Below are positions 37,860 to 46,510 of a stretch of DNA of 64,000 nt, one piece after another (the stretch's first letter is position 1; every line of letters starts with the position of its first letter). The notes under the pieces are model-generated. The model had not been told where the DNA came from. It was given only the letters and a program-made list of their open reading frames with translations, and did no database searches. The stretch is from Bdellovibrionales bacterium (GTDB lineage: Bacteria; Bdellovibrionota; UBA1018; CAIMNF01): contig CANNBJ010000003.1 of the NCBI GenBank assembly GCA_947502835.1, positions 376,825 through 440,824 on the forward strand, given 5' to 3'. The position numbers were made by a program, and so were the translations under genes.

Positions 37860-39539
37860 ATGATCAAGGTTTTGATGATTTTCAGTTGGATGGCATCGGT
37901 TCCGGCTCACGCATCCGTGGTGAGCAATATCGAGGAGTCCATGGGGAAATTGCTGGGGCACCCGGCAAAGGTCATGAATGTCCATGAGTCGAGGACGCTT
38001 GGAATCGACAGGGACCGGAGTTCGCGGTTCCATCCATGGAGCGGGAGCTACTGGCCGGACATCCTCGGAGGCATTGCCAATCATTACAGGGACCACGGGA
38101 AGATGGGCAATCAGTTCCTGTTCGCGCTCAGGTATGGTGTGGCCAAGGGTCGGGTTCGGCGGGATTTCAGGAATGTCTCGAACAATATCCTAAGTTTCAA
38201 TCAAACGCAGCTTGATCAAAAGCTGGCGCCTTCTGAAAAGTACGACCTCTTGCTCGGGGATCTTGATTTCACCTTCACCCGCGCCATCCTCGATGATGTG
38301 GATTTCCGGGCCCGCCATTTGAAGCGCTCGAAGATGAAGGACGGCACGGATCGATCCGATGAGGACGAATACGAGGGCGTCAACAACAACTTCCATTATG
38401 CAGATGTCCAATCGAGTTATTCGCGCTTCGACAATGACGTGGTCTATCGCTACTGGAAGCCAAGGAAGGACAGCCTTTCGTATTGGTTCGGGATTTGCGA
38501 CGGCTGGTCACCCGCATCCATCTATTTGCCGCGGCCGGTTCATGCGGTGACGGTAACGGGAGCACTCGGGCACAAGATCACGTTCTACCCGGATGACCTG
38601 AAAGCCTTGGGCTCTTACCTGTTTGCCCGGACGAACAATGATTACATGACCACCATGAATTACGAGTTCGCGGGACGGCCATGTGCCGAACATGGCGATC
38701 CGAACAGCGACTCTGTTGGATTCGTCAGGGATTTCCGGTGCAATGATGTGGATGCCGGAGTGTGGCACCTTGCTCTCTTGAACCGCATTGGTGTGGATCG
38801 ACTCGGACTCATGATGGACATCGACAACAACAAGAAGATCAACAATCATCCGATGGGCTCGTATTCCCTCAAGTACTTCAATCCTGCCACCGGCAAGGAG
38901 GGAAGCATGAAGGAGTCGATCGCGCCGAGGTTTACCGTTGTGGACGGATATGCGAAGCGGAGAAATCCGAAAGCCGTTTATCTTCTGGGTGTGAAGTCCA
39001 CCGTGAACTTCCGGTATTATCAGTGGCCGGAGAACAATCGTGATCGGAATCGCGATGGTTCCGAGTTCGATATTTCCAAGGAACTGACCTATGTCTATGA
39101 CCTGGAATTGGATGAGGCGGGGAACATTCTCGGAGGAGAATGGGGAGACCGCTCGCAGGAATCCGATCTTGATTCGGTCGCCTATTCGGATCAGCCGGAT
39201 TTCATCTGGATGGCGCCCCCGGGTTTGCTCCCGTATTCCGAGCAATCGGTGTACACCAGCATGGGCACTCCGATCGATCCCTCCAATCCAAGGCCTTTTG
39301 GAAATATGAAATGGGCTTGGGACGGGAAGAGTCCGCTTCCGGATGATTGGATGCGTGCAGCCAAATCGGATGCCATGTGGAGAGAGCCGGTTCCGGGAGT
39401 CATGGTGGAAGTGGAAGGGGAGTCAAGTCCCCAGGTCATGCCGGTCGAGGCTCGAGACTCGCTCATGAAGTCAGCGCAGCCGCTCTCAAACATTGTGTAC
39501 TATCTGTTCGATCAGGCCCGGACCCTGGAACAGAAATAA
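37860..39539 (+). CDS. Transglutaminase-elicitor (TGase_elicitor/GP42-like) family secreted protein
   Basis: 'PWSGSYWP', 'PSEKYD', 'WFGICDGW', 'DLKAL', 'DVDAGVWH', 'YDLELD..GNILGGEW', 'PDFIW'. Confidence 0.8.
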   Translation: MIKVLMIFSWMASVPAHASVVSNIEESMGKLLGHPAKVMNVHESRTLGIDRDRSSRFHPWSGSYWPDILGGIANHYRDHGKMGNQFLFALRYGVAKGRVRRDFRNVSNNILSFNQTQLDQKLAPSEKYDLLLGDLDFTFTRAILDDVDFRARHLKRSKMKDGTDRSDEDEYEGVNNNFHYADVQSSYSRFDNDVVYRYWKPRKDSLSYWFGICDGWSPASIYLPRPVHAVTVTGALGHKITFYPDDLKALGSYLFARTNNDYMTTMNYEFAGRPCAEHGDPNSDSVGFVRDFRCNDVDAGVWHLALLNRIGVDRLGLMMDIDNNKKINNHPMGSYSLKYFNPATGKEGSMKESIAPRFTVVDGYAKRRNPKAVYLLGVKSTVNFRYYQWPENNRDRNRDGSEFDISKELTYVYDLELDEAGNILGGEWGDRSQESDLDSVAYSDQPDFIWMAPPGLLPYSEQSVYTSMGTPIDPSNPRPFGNMKWAWDGKSPLPDDWMRAAKSDAMWREPVPGVMVEVEGESSPQVMPVEARDSLMKSAQPLSNIVYYLFDQARTLEQK

Positions 39540-39552
39540 ACGAAGCTCACGT

Positions 39553-40473
39553 TCAGATTGACCACTCGAGCATTCGGGTGAGGGCGAGATTTGCTTTCTC
39601 CCTCACTTCGCTTGGAACCGTAACCTCGGGGCCCTCTGCTTCAAGGCAGCGTGCGAGGGATTCCAAGGTGTTCAGTTTCATGAAGGGACACTCATTGCAG
39701 GCGCAGTTCTGGGTGGGTGGGGCGGGAATCAGGTTTTTTCCTGGTGCTCGCTTTTTCATCTGGTGAAGGATTCCGGCTTCGGTTGCCACGATGAAGGTCG
39801 GGTCCGGACTCTCGATGACATGCTTCAAAAGCTGACTTGTGCTCCCCGTGAAGTCGGAAAGGCGGAGGATGGATTCCTCGCATTCGGGATGGGCGATCAG
39901 GCGTGCGCCCGGGTGTCCGGTTTTCAGGTCAATGATTTTACGCTCGGAGAATGTCTCGTGCACGATGCAGCTCCCGGGCCAGAGGGTCATTTCCCTCCCT
40001 GTCTTTTCCATCACCCAGCGTCCGAGGTTGCGATCGGGAGCGAACAGAATCGGACGGTCTTTGGGTGCCTTCTCCACGATTTTGATCGCGTTTGACGAAG
40101 TGCAAATCACATCACTCATGGCTTTGATTTCGGCAGAGCAATTGATGTAGCTGATGATGAAGTGATCCGGGTTTGCCTCCTTGAAGGCACGGAACCGTGC
40201 AGGGGGGCAGGAGTCGGAGAGCGAGCACCCGGCTCTCAGGTCCGGAAGCACCACCTTTCGACCGGGATTCAGGATCTTTGCACCTTCGGCCATGAAATGT
40301 ACCCCGGCAAAGCAGATCAGATCCGCTGTGGAGCGTTGGGCGGCACGCGCAAGTTCGAGGCTGTCACCGATGAAGTCGGCCACGTCCTGGATCTCCGATT
40401 CCTGATAGTAGTGGGCCAGAATCACCGCATTTTTCTCGCGCTTCAGGCGATTGATTTTTTCAAAAAGATCCAT
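39553..40473 (-). CDS. nadA: Quinolinate synthase
   Basis: 'ILAHYYQ', 'GVHFMAE', 'AGCSL', 'CIVHE', 'AHPEC', 'CPFMK'. Confidence 0.97.
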   Translation of the reverse strand: MDLFEKINRLKREKNAVILAHYYQESEIQDVADFIGDSLELARAAQRSTADLICFAGVHFMAEGAKILNPGRKVVLPDLRAGCSLSDSCPPARFRAFKEANPDHFIISYINCSAEIKAMSDVICTSSNAIKIVEKAPKDRPILFAPDRNLGRWVMEKTGREMTLWPGSCIVHETFSERKIIDLKTGHPGARLIAHPECEESILRLSDFTGSTSQLLKHVIESPDPTFIVATEAGILHQMKKRAPGKNLIPAPPTQNCACNECPFMKLNTLESLARCLEAEGPEVTVPSEVREKANLALTRMLEWSI

Positions 40474-40481
40474 GACTTGAT

Positions 40482-40524
40482 TTGGTATTTCAGGGTTGCA
40501 AGTCAGTCAAGCCATCGTTAACCT
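40482..40524. promoter_or_regulatory. Overlapping divergent sigma70 promoters for nadA and thiB, both apparently leaderless
   Basis: Plus: TTGCAA (40496-40501)-N17-TAACCT (40519-40524), 7 nt to ATG. Minus: TTGACT (40510-40505)-N17-TACCAA (40487-40482), 8 nt to ATG. Confidence 0.6.
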
Positions 40525-40531
40525 CGGCCCC

Positions 40532-41536
40532 ATGAAATGGCTTTTCCTCTGCCTTGCCGCAGCCGGCTTGACTCTCGCAGGGTGTACGCGGTCCAAAGAC
40601 GCGGGGCCCTCGCTCGGGATTCTCAGCTATTCGAGTCTCGGTTCCTCGGGAGGCTTTCTTCCCGGGGTCGCGGAGCGGTTTAAACAGCAGAGCGGGTGTT
40701 CGCTTCGCCTCGAAAGCACTCTTGGAGCCACCCAGATGGTTTCGCTGCTTTCGGATCGTGGACTCAGGGGCACGATTGATGTGGTGATGGGGGTGGATGA
40801 GCTTCTGCAAGAGCGCTTGAAGGGGGAGTGGGTGCAGGATGAATTTCCCGAACTCAAGCTTCGGGAGAGCCTTCTTCCCTTGCTCTCGGATCGGGTTCGT
40901 CCCGGCTGGATTCCGATTGATTACGGAGCCCTGACCTTCATCTATCGGAAGTCCGCGTGGAAAGGCGTGGTCCCGCCCAGGGCTCTTCGTGATCTCCTCA
41001 GGCCTGAGTTCCGGAAAAAGTTCATTCTCCAGGACCCGAGGGCCTCCTCGCCCGGGATGCTTTTCTTTTTGTTTTCGCAGGATTCCTTGAAGATTCCGGA
41101 GTTGCGAAACTCCTGGCTCACCCTTGCACCGAGCTGGGACTCAAGCTACCAGATGTTCCTCTCCGGAGATGCGCCGATGGTTTGGAGTTACCTGTCTTCG
41201 CTTGCCTATCATGCGTCCAAAGGGGAGGGCGATGAGTATGGAGCGGTGATGTTCGAAGAAGGACTCCCTCTGCAAGTGGAGGGAATGGGGATCGTGAGAC
41301 AGGAGCGGGTCAATCCCTGTGTGCGGAAGTGGATCGAGTTCATGATGGATCCACAAGTGCTTCGGGAAATTGCTGAAAAGCAGTGGATGTGGCCCGCATT
41401 CAAGGGGGTGGTCTTGCCCCGTTTCTTCGATCGTGTTCCCGGAGTGCAAAAATCGGCAAAATTCAGGATGGATGTGAAGACGCTGGATGACCTGCTCTCC
41501 CGGTTCGGGAAGGAGATTCGGGATGGGGATCGCTAA
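40532..41536 (+). CDS. thiB: Thiamine ABC transporter substrate-binding lipoprotein (TbpA/ThiB-like)
   Basis: Lipobox LAGC; 'PIDYG', 'QDPRASSPG', 'WDSSYQMF', 'SYLSSLAYH', 'QVEG'. Confidence 0.8.
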   Translation: MKWLFLCLAAAGLTLAGCTRSKDAGPSLGILSYSSLGSSGGFLPGVAERFKQQSGCSLRLESTLGATQMVSLLSDRGLRGTIDVVMGVDELLQERLKGEWVQDEFPELKLRESLLPLLSDRVRPGWIPIDYGALTFIYRKSAWKGVVPPRALRDLLRPEFRKKFILQDPRASSPGMLFFLFSQDSLKIPELRNSWLTLAPSWDSSYQMFLSGDAPMVWSYLSSLAYHASKGEGDEYGAVMFEEGLPLQVEGMGIVRQERVNPCVRKWIEFMMDPQVLREIAEKQWMWPAFKGVVLPRFFDRVPGVQKSAKFRMDVKTLDDLLSRFGKEIRDGDR

Positions 41537-42944
41537 GCGCTTTCTTTTTGCCATTCCTGCTCTTGCTCTTCTCGCCTATGTTGTGACGGGAGTGATGTCG
41601 CTGGTGTTCTCGGAAGGGGTTCGCCTCCAGAGAGTGGGGGAGCATCTCGCGGACCCTGAGCTTTGGTACACGGTGGGCCTCACCCTCAAGGTTTCGTTCC
41701 TTGCCCTGTTTCTTTCCTGGGTTTTTGCGTGGTTGGTTCTCGTTGTCTTGAAGGGGCGCGGAATTGCGGTGTTCCGTTTTTTCTCGGTTTTGCCGGGGAT
41801 GGCCTACGCACTGTTCGTGCTTCTTGTCCTTCGGGCGGTCGGAGCGGAGTCGCCGTACTCGATGGGTTCTGTTTTGATCGCATGGGTTCTGGCGGGAACA
41901 TTGTATCTATGCTCGGGGATTTCCGAGGGAATCCGTGATCTCGGTCCGCGCGGCAAAGAGGCGCTCAGGACCTTGGGGGCAGGACCGGTGCGCGCGTTCT
42001 TCCATCATGAATTTTCGGGCACAAGGCCTTTGCAAGGGGCACTGCTGCTGCAGCAGTTGTGGTTTTTTCTCACGAGTTTTTCGCTTGTGATGATTCTGGG
42101 CGGTGGACCACCCTCGGAGACCCTGGAGGTGGCCATTTACTCCGCCATGAGACTCGGGCAATCGGATGTTTCAAAGGCGGTTGCGTTGAGTCTCGTGCAG
42201 GCGTTGATCCTGATTCTTCTGAGATTCAGCTTGAACCGGCTCGGCTCTGCGAAGCCTGCGCGGGGGATTTCCGAGGGGTTCGGGGAATCCGGAAAGAAAC
42301 GCAGTTCCCTGGGAATTTCCGTGGTGATCCTTTTTTGTTTGGGCGGCCTGGTGTTTCTGGGTCCGAAGGTCGGAGACGCCCGAGCCTATCTCCGCCCGCT
42401 GTTCGTGACTCTTGCCCTCGGGGCATCGGTGTTGGGGGCGACCCTCCTGTTCTCGATCTCGTCGTATGTTTCAGGAATCAGGTTTGCCAGTGTGATTGGC
42501 TCCTGGTGTTCCCCGCTTTTTCTCTCCCTTGCCCTTTGGAGTTTTTCGGGATTCCTGATTTCCCCTTTTGTGAATGTGGCCCTGATCCAAACCCTGTTTT
42601 TCGCACCCTGGTTTTCACAAATCGTTTTTCCCCTTCTGGATCGTGCCCAGCGCTCTGAAATGGAGGCGGCGCGGGTGTTGGGTGCCGGGAGGATTCGGGC
42701 TTTTTTTGAGGTGGAGTGGCCCAGGATCAGGGGCGGGGTGATCCGGGTTCTCGGGCTGGTATTCGCACTTTCGGCAACGGAGGTGAGTTCGGTCCTGTTG
42801 TTCTCGAGGGGGGATTTCGATACCCTTGCAAGTCATTCCCAGAACCTGTTTTCAAGGTTCAGGATCGAGGAGGCCGCTTTCGGAGTCATGGCGATGCTCT
42901 TGCTTTCTGCGGTTTCACTCGGGCTCGGGGAGAGGCGCGCATGA
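41523..42944 (+). CDS. thiP: Thiamine-type ABC transporter permease (two EAA modules)
   Basis: 'EALRTLGA' and 'EAARVLGA'; 'TSFSLVMILGGG..ETLEVAIY'. Confidence 0.75.
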   Translation: MGIAKRFLFAIPALALLAYVVTGVMSLVFSEGVRLQRVGEHLADPELWYTVGLTLKVSFLALFLSWVFAWLVLVVLKGRGIAVFRFFSVLPGMAYALFVLLVLRAVGAESPYSMGSVLIAWVLAGTLYLCSGISEGIRDLGPRGKEALRTLGAGPVRAFFHHEFSGTRPLQGALLLQQLWFFLTSFSLVMILGGGPPSETLEVAIYSAMRLGQSDVSKAVALSLVQALILILLRFSLNRLGSAKPARGISEGFGESGKKRSSLGISVVILFCLGGLVFLGPKVGDARAYLRPLFVTLALGASVLGATLLFSISSYVSGIRFASVIGSWCSPLFLSLALWSFSGFLISPFVNVALIQTLFFAPWFSQIVFPLLDRAQRSEMEAARVLGAGRIRAFFEVEWPRIRGGVIRVLGLVFALSATEVSSVLLFSRGDFDTLASHSQNLFSRFRIEEAAFGVMAMLLLSAVSLGLGERRA

Positions 42945-43615
42945 GAGATCTTGAAATCAGGAACTTCAAGGTTCTTCTGCCCGGGTTCTCCGTCAGTTGT
43001 GATGATCTGCGTGTGTGTCCGGGGGAGTGGCTCATGGTGCGAGCACCGAGCGGATACGGGAAGTCCACCCTGTTTCGCGGGATCTTGGGCCTTGAGTCAA
43101 CCGAGGGAGAGGTGATCCTCGGGGGAGCGCGGATGACGGAGGTTCCGGTGCATCGAAGGAATTTCGGAGTTGTCTTTCAGGAACAATTGCTCTTTCCCCA
43201 TTTGAACGCTTTGGAAAACGCTCTTTTTGGAATTCGTCTTCGGAGGAGCGTCACAGAAAAGGATCGCAGGAGGGCGCAGGATGCGTTTGCAGAATTGGAC
43301 CTCTCCCACCGGATGGATGCGCCTCTTCATGAGCTTTCTGGCGGGGAGCGTCAGAGGATCGCACTCATTCGCGCGCTCCTCTTTGACCCCGATTTACTCT
43401 TGATTGACGAGCCTTTCCGGGGAATGGATGATGCCCTGATTTCAAAGAGCAGGGGACTGCTTGAGCGTCACCTTTCAACGAAATCGGTTCCTGTGATATG
43501 GATTACCCATCAAAACGAGTTCGAGCCGCTCCGCGCGAAAGTGCTGATCGGGGGAGAGTTGAATCATGGTCGTCGACATTTCCAATACCATCCTGGGCAG
43601 TCTCAAGCGGATTAA
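42941..43615 (+). CDS. thiQ: ABC transporter ATP-binding protein (ThiQ-like)
   Basis: 'APSGYGKS', 'LFPHL', 'LSGGERQR', 'LLIDEPF'; ATG overlaps the permease stop. Confidence 0.78.
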   Translation: MRDLEIRNFKVLLPGFSVSCDDLRVCPGEWLMVRAPSGYGKSTLFRGILGLESTEGEVILGGARMTEVPVHRRNFGVVFQEQLLFPHLNALENALFGIRLRRSVTEKDRRRAQDAFAELDLSHRMDAPLHELSGGERQRIALIRALLFDPDLLLIDEPFRGMDDALISKSRGLLERHLSTKSVPVIWITHQNEFEPLRAKVLIGGELNHGRRHFQYHPGQSQAD

Positions 43616-44483
43616 CCTGATTTCCGGAAAGGGCGGCACCGGGCGCACCACGCTTGCCGCATCGATCGCACGGGCATCCGCAAAACAAGGCAAAAAAACC
43701 CTTCTCATCGAGATCGAGGATGATTCGGGCTGGGACTCGGCACTGGCGAGGAATTTCGGGCTGAAGCATTTCAAGATCGAAGCCGAGCCGCTTGAGGCGA
43801 ATTTGTTCGGGTTGTGTCTCTCGGCCGAGACCGGACAAGAGAAATTCCTCACTTCGTTTCTGAAGGTCCATGCGCTCAGTCAGATGATCATGGGAAATCA
43901 GGGCGTGAAGTGGTTTCTCGAGGGTGCTCCGGCATTTCGTGAAATGGGGTATTTCTACCACCTGCTATTGCAGATGCGGGGGGATTATGACCGGATCATC
44001 ATGGATATGCCCGCAACAGGCCACTTCATCGGGCTTGCAAGGTTGCCGAATCTGCTTTTGAAAATGATTCCCTTCGGACCAATTGCGGATCGAATGAAGG
44101 AGGGGCAGCGCTATCTGTACGACGAGGAGATGACCTCTGTTTTCATTGCCACCCTTCCGCAGACGCTCCCGATCAGCGAGGCCATCGAGCTCAGGGCCGA
44201 GATTTCAAAGGAATCCTTGCCGCTCGGGGGATTCATCCTGAATCGCGCACCGTTCAATCCCTTCACGGAAGCCGAGGAACAGATTCTTTTTTCCCTGAGC
44301 CAAAAGAGCAAGACGCAAAACCTGATGGTTGAAATCGAGAGGATCCGGAGATTCCGCGAGGCTCGCAACCGTTTGGAGCAGGAGATGAAAGGGATTTCGG
44401 GTGCCCGGCTCTTTGTCGCACCCGAGGTGTTCCAGCCGGAAACTGAAACGGAGTTCGGATATCGGATCCGGGTACAGGCATGA
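43566..44483 (+). CDS. ArsA/Get3 family ATPase, subunit 1
   Basis: 'SGKGGTGRTT', 'DMPATGH', 'LPISEAIEL'. Confidence 0.85.
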   Translation: MVVDISNTILGSLKRINLISGKGGTGRTTLAASIARASAKQGKKTLLIEIEDDSGWDSALARNFGLKHFKIEAEPLEANLFGLCLSAETGQEKFLTSFLKVHALSQMIMGNQGVKWFLEGAPAFREMGYFYHLLLQMRGDYDRIIMDMPATGHFIGLARLPNLLLKMIPFGPIADRMKEGQRYLYDEEMTSVFIATLPQTLPISEAIELRAEISKESLPLGGFILNRAPFNPFTEAEEQILFSLSQKSKTQNLMVEIERIRRFREARNRLEQEMKGISGARLFVAPEVFQPETETEFGYRIRVQA

Positions 44484-45562
44484 CGGGGCCGCTCTCGGAG
44501 CTCATTCGATCCAAGCGCTGCATCCTTGTCTGCGGCGGAGGCGGGGTCGGGAAAACAACAATTTCAGCGAGCCTTGCGATTGCCGCGGCCCGAATCCGCT
44601 CGCGTGTCCTTGTGTTGACCATTGATCCATCCCACCGTCTGCTCCAGGCATTCGGGTATCCGGACGCACTTCTGCATTCCGGGGGCGAACCGCTTGAGTT
44701 GTCTTCCGCGGTGAAAGAGGCCTTGCAGGTTCCCGCATCTGCCGGTCTGTCAATTGCGGTGCTGAATCCTAGGTATGTCATCGACGGGATCGTCGATCAA
44801 ACTCTGAGCCCGTCAAAAGCGGGGAATCTCCGGAAAACTGTTTTGTACCGGGAGATGACCCAGATGATCCACGGTCTTCAGGAATACACGGCGTATGAAT
44901 GGGTGACCCGGATGATCTCCGAGGATCGCTACGATCTGATCGTCCTTGACACGCCTCCTGCGTTTCATGCGAAAGAGTTTTTCAATGCTCCCGGGAAAAT
45001 CAGGAATCTGATGGAAAGCCGGGTGTTCCAGATTTTTCTTCCCAAAACGGGCTCGTGGTTCAGGTCGATGATTTCCTTTTCCTGGATCGAAAAACTTCTG
45101 GGAGAGGGTTTGTTCCGGGAGAGTGTGCTTTTTTTCGAAACTTTTTTCTCCCTGCGCGACCGCATTCTTGCCCGTTGTCAGGATCTTGCGGCGTTTTTCA
45201 AGAGTGAAACCGTGGGCGTGGTGGCGGTGGGCACACCCGAATTGGCAGCGACGCATGAGCTGGAGGGGCTTGCGGGGTTCTTGCGCGAGAAAAAGATTCC
45301 CCTTCGGGCCATTGTCATCAATCAAGTGGAAATGCCGGATGTGGGCCGTTGGGAGGAAGAGGTTCCACCGGAGTTGCCTTCCGGATTTCCGGACAAGCTG
45401 AAGCAGCTTGCCGAGCACCATCAGGCGCGTTCGGAGCGGAGTCTTGCGGTGCTGGAGCGGCTGAGACAGGGCTATTCGGGTCTTCCTGTGGTGGCAGTTC
45501 CGATGTCCTATTCCGCGGACGGGTTTGTGATCCTTCGAAATAATTCCATTACACTGATTTAA
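44480..45562 (+). CDS. ArsA/Get3 family ATPase, subunit 2
   Basis: 'CGGGGVGKTT', 'LTIDPSHRL', 'QEYTAYE', 'YDLIVLDTPP'. Confidence 0.87.
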   Translation: MTGPLSELIRSKRCILVCGGGGVGKTTISASLAIAAARIRSRVLVLTIDPSHRLLQAFGYPDALLHSGGEPLELSSAVKEALQVPASAGLSIAVLNPRYVIDGIVDQTLSPSKAGNLRKTVLYREMTQMIHGLQEYTAYEWVTRMISEDRYDLIVLDTPPAFHAKEFFNAPGKIRNLMESRVFQIFLPKTGSWFRSMISFSWIEKLLGEGLFRESVLFFETFFSLRDRILARCQDLAAFFKSETVGVVAVGTPELAATHELEGLAGFLREKKIPLRAIVINQVEMPDVGRWEEEVPPELPSGFPDKLKQLAEHHQARSERSLAVLERLRQGYSGLPVVAVPMSYSADGFVILRNNSITLI

Positions 45563-45607
45563 TTTAATTTGCTTGCAGTGCGTCTCCGGCTCTGGTACTT
45601 GACTCGC

Positions 45608-46510
45608 ATGAATCAACGAATCTCATGGATCAAGGCGATGGCAGTGGTGATCGGAATTGGATGTTCCGGAGGGACTGCCGTTTCGGCGGTGCGTCCGATG
45701 GACCTGAACTCTAAGGACCTTGAACGGGTGCGGGAGGTGATCTCGACCGAGATTCGCGCGGATCTTTCGGAGCATCTTGAGGAGAATCTCCTGAAGCTTG
45801 GCAAGGAAAACGGGGGAGGCGATCCCACCTTCGGCGGGCTTCTGATGGGCGATCCCATGAGTCCGGAGACCCGGGATGTGATTGCGGGCGGGCTGTATCA
45901 GGTTTTGTTTTCCGCGATGAGGGAGAAGGGCATTACCCTGAGCGAGGCCCGCTTCAAGTCGGCGGTGGGCAAAGTGCTCGAATATTCCACGCGACTCGGG
46001 ATTTACCCCTCTGCGCTGACGGTCGGGTACATGGGGCGATTGCAAGCCGGGATTGGCGGTTCGGCGGGGAGCCAGTTCAATGTGTATTTTGATCACGGAA
46101 AGCTGAAGTCGTCCGTGTACTCCATCTACGGGGCTCATGCCGGTTTCGCGGAGATGACCAAGATCCAGTTCTACATCTCCTTTTGTTTCGGAACCTGCTT
46201 CGGGGGAGACGCCTCGGGGTGGTATGTCGGTCTCGATGCTTGCGGGAGTGCCGGCATCGGGGGTGATTTTTTCATCGAGGGAGGGATCGATGTCACGGAC
46301 ATGATCAAGTACACCATGTTGGGGCTGCCCTATTCGGTGAAGGATCTGTATCAGTCAAAGGCGATCTACCTCGGCATGGGGTTCGATGTGGGCCAGGGAG
46401 CCGGGGTTTCAGGGGATGTGTTTTACTACACCCATGACTTCGATTTGCTTTTGATGGATGCGGGAAAAAAGCCGGATGCATCCACCTTTCAAAAGATCAG
46501 GCTCAAGTGA
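45608..46510 (+). CDS. Hypothetical exported protein with Gly-rich beta C-terminal half
   Basis: Long ORF with an N-terminal signal-like segment; no recognised motif. Confidence 0.7.
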   Translation: MNQRISWIKAMAVVIGIGCSGGTAVSAVRPMDLNSKDLERVREVISTEIRADLSEHLEENLLKLGKENGGGDPTFGGLLMGDPMSPETRDVIAGGLYQVLFSAMREKGITLSEARFKSAVGKVLEYSTRLGIYPSALTVGYMGRLQAGIGGSAGSQFNVYFDHGKLKSSVYSIYGAHAGFAEMTKIQFYISFCFGTCFGGDASGWYVGLDACGSAGIGGDFFIEGGIDVTDMIKYTMLGLPYSVKDLYQSKAIYLGMGFDVGQGAGVSGDVFYYTHDFDLLLMDAGKKPDASTFQKIRLK

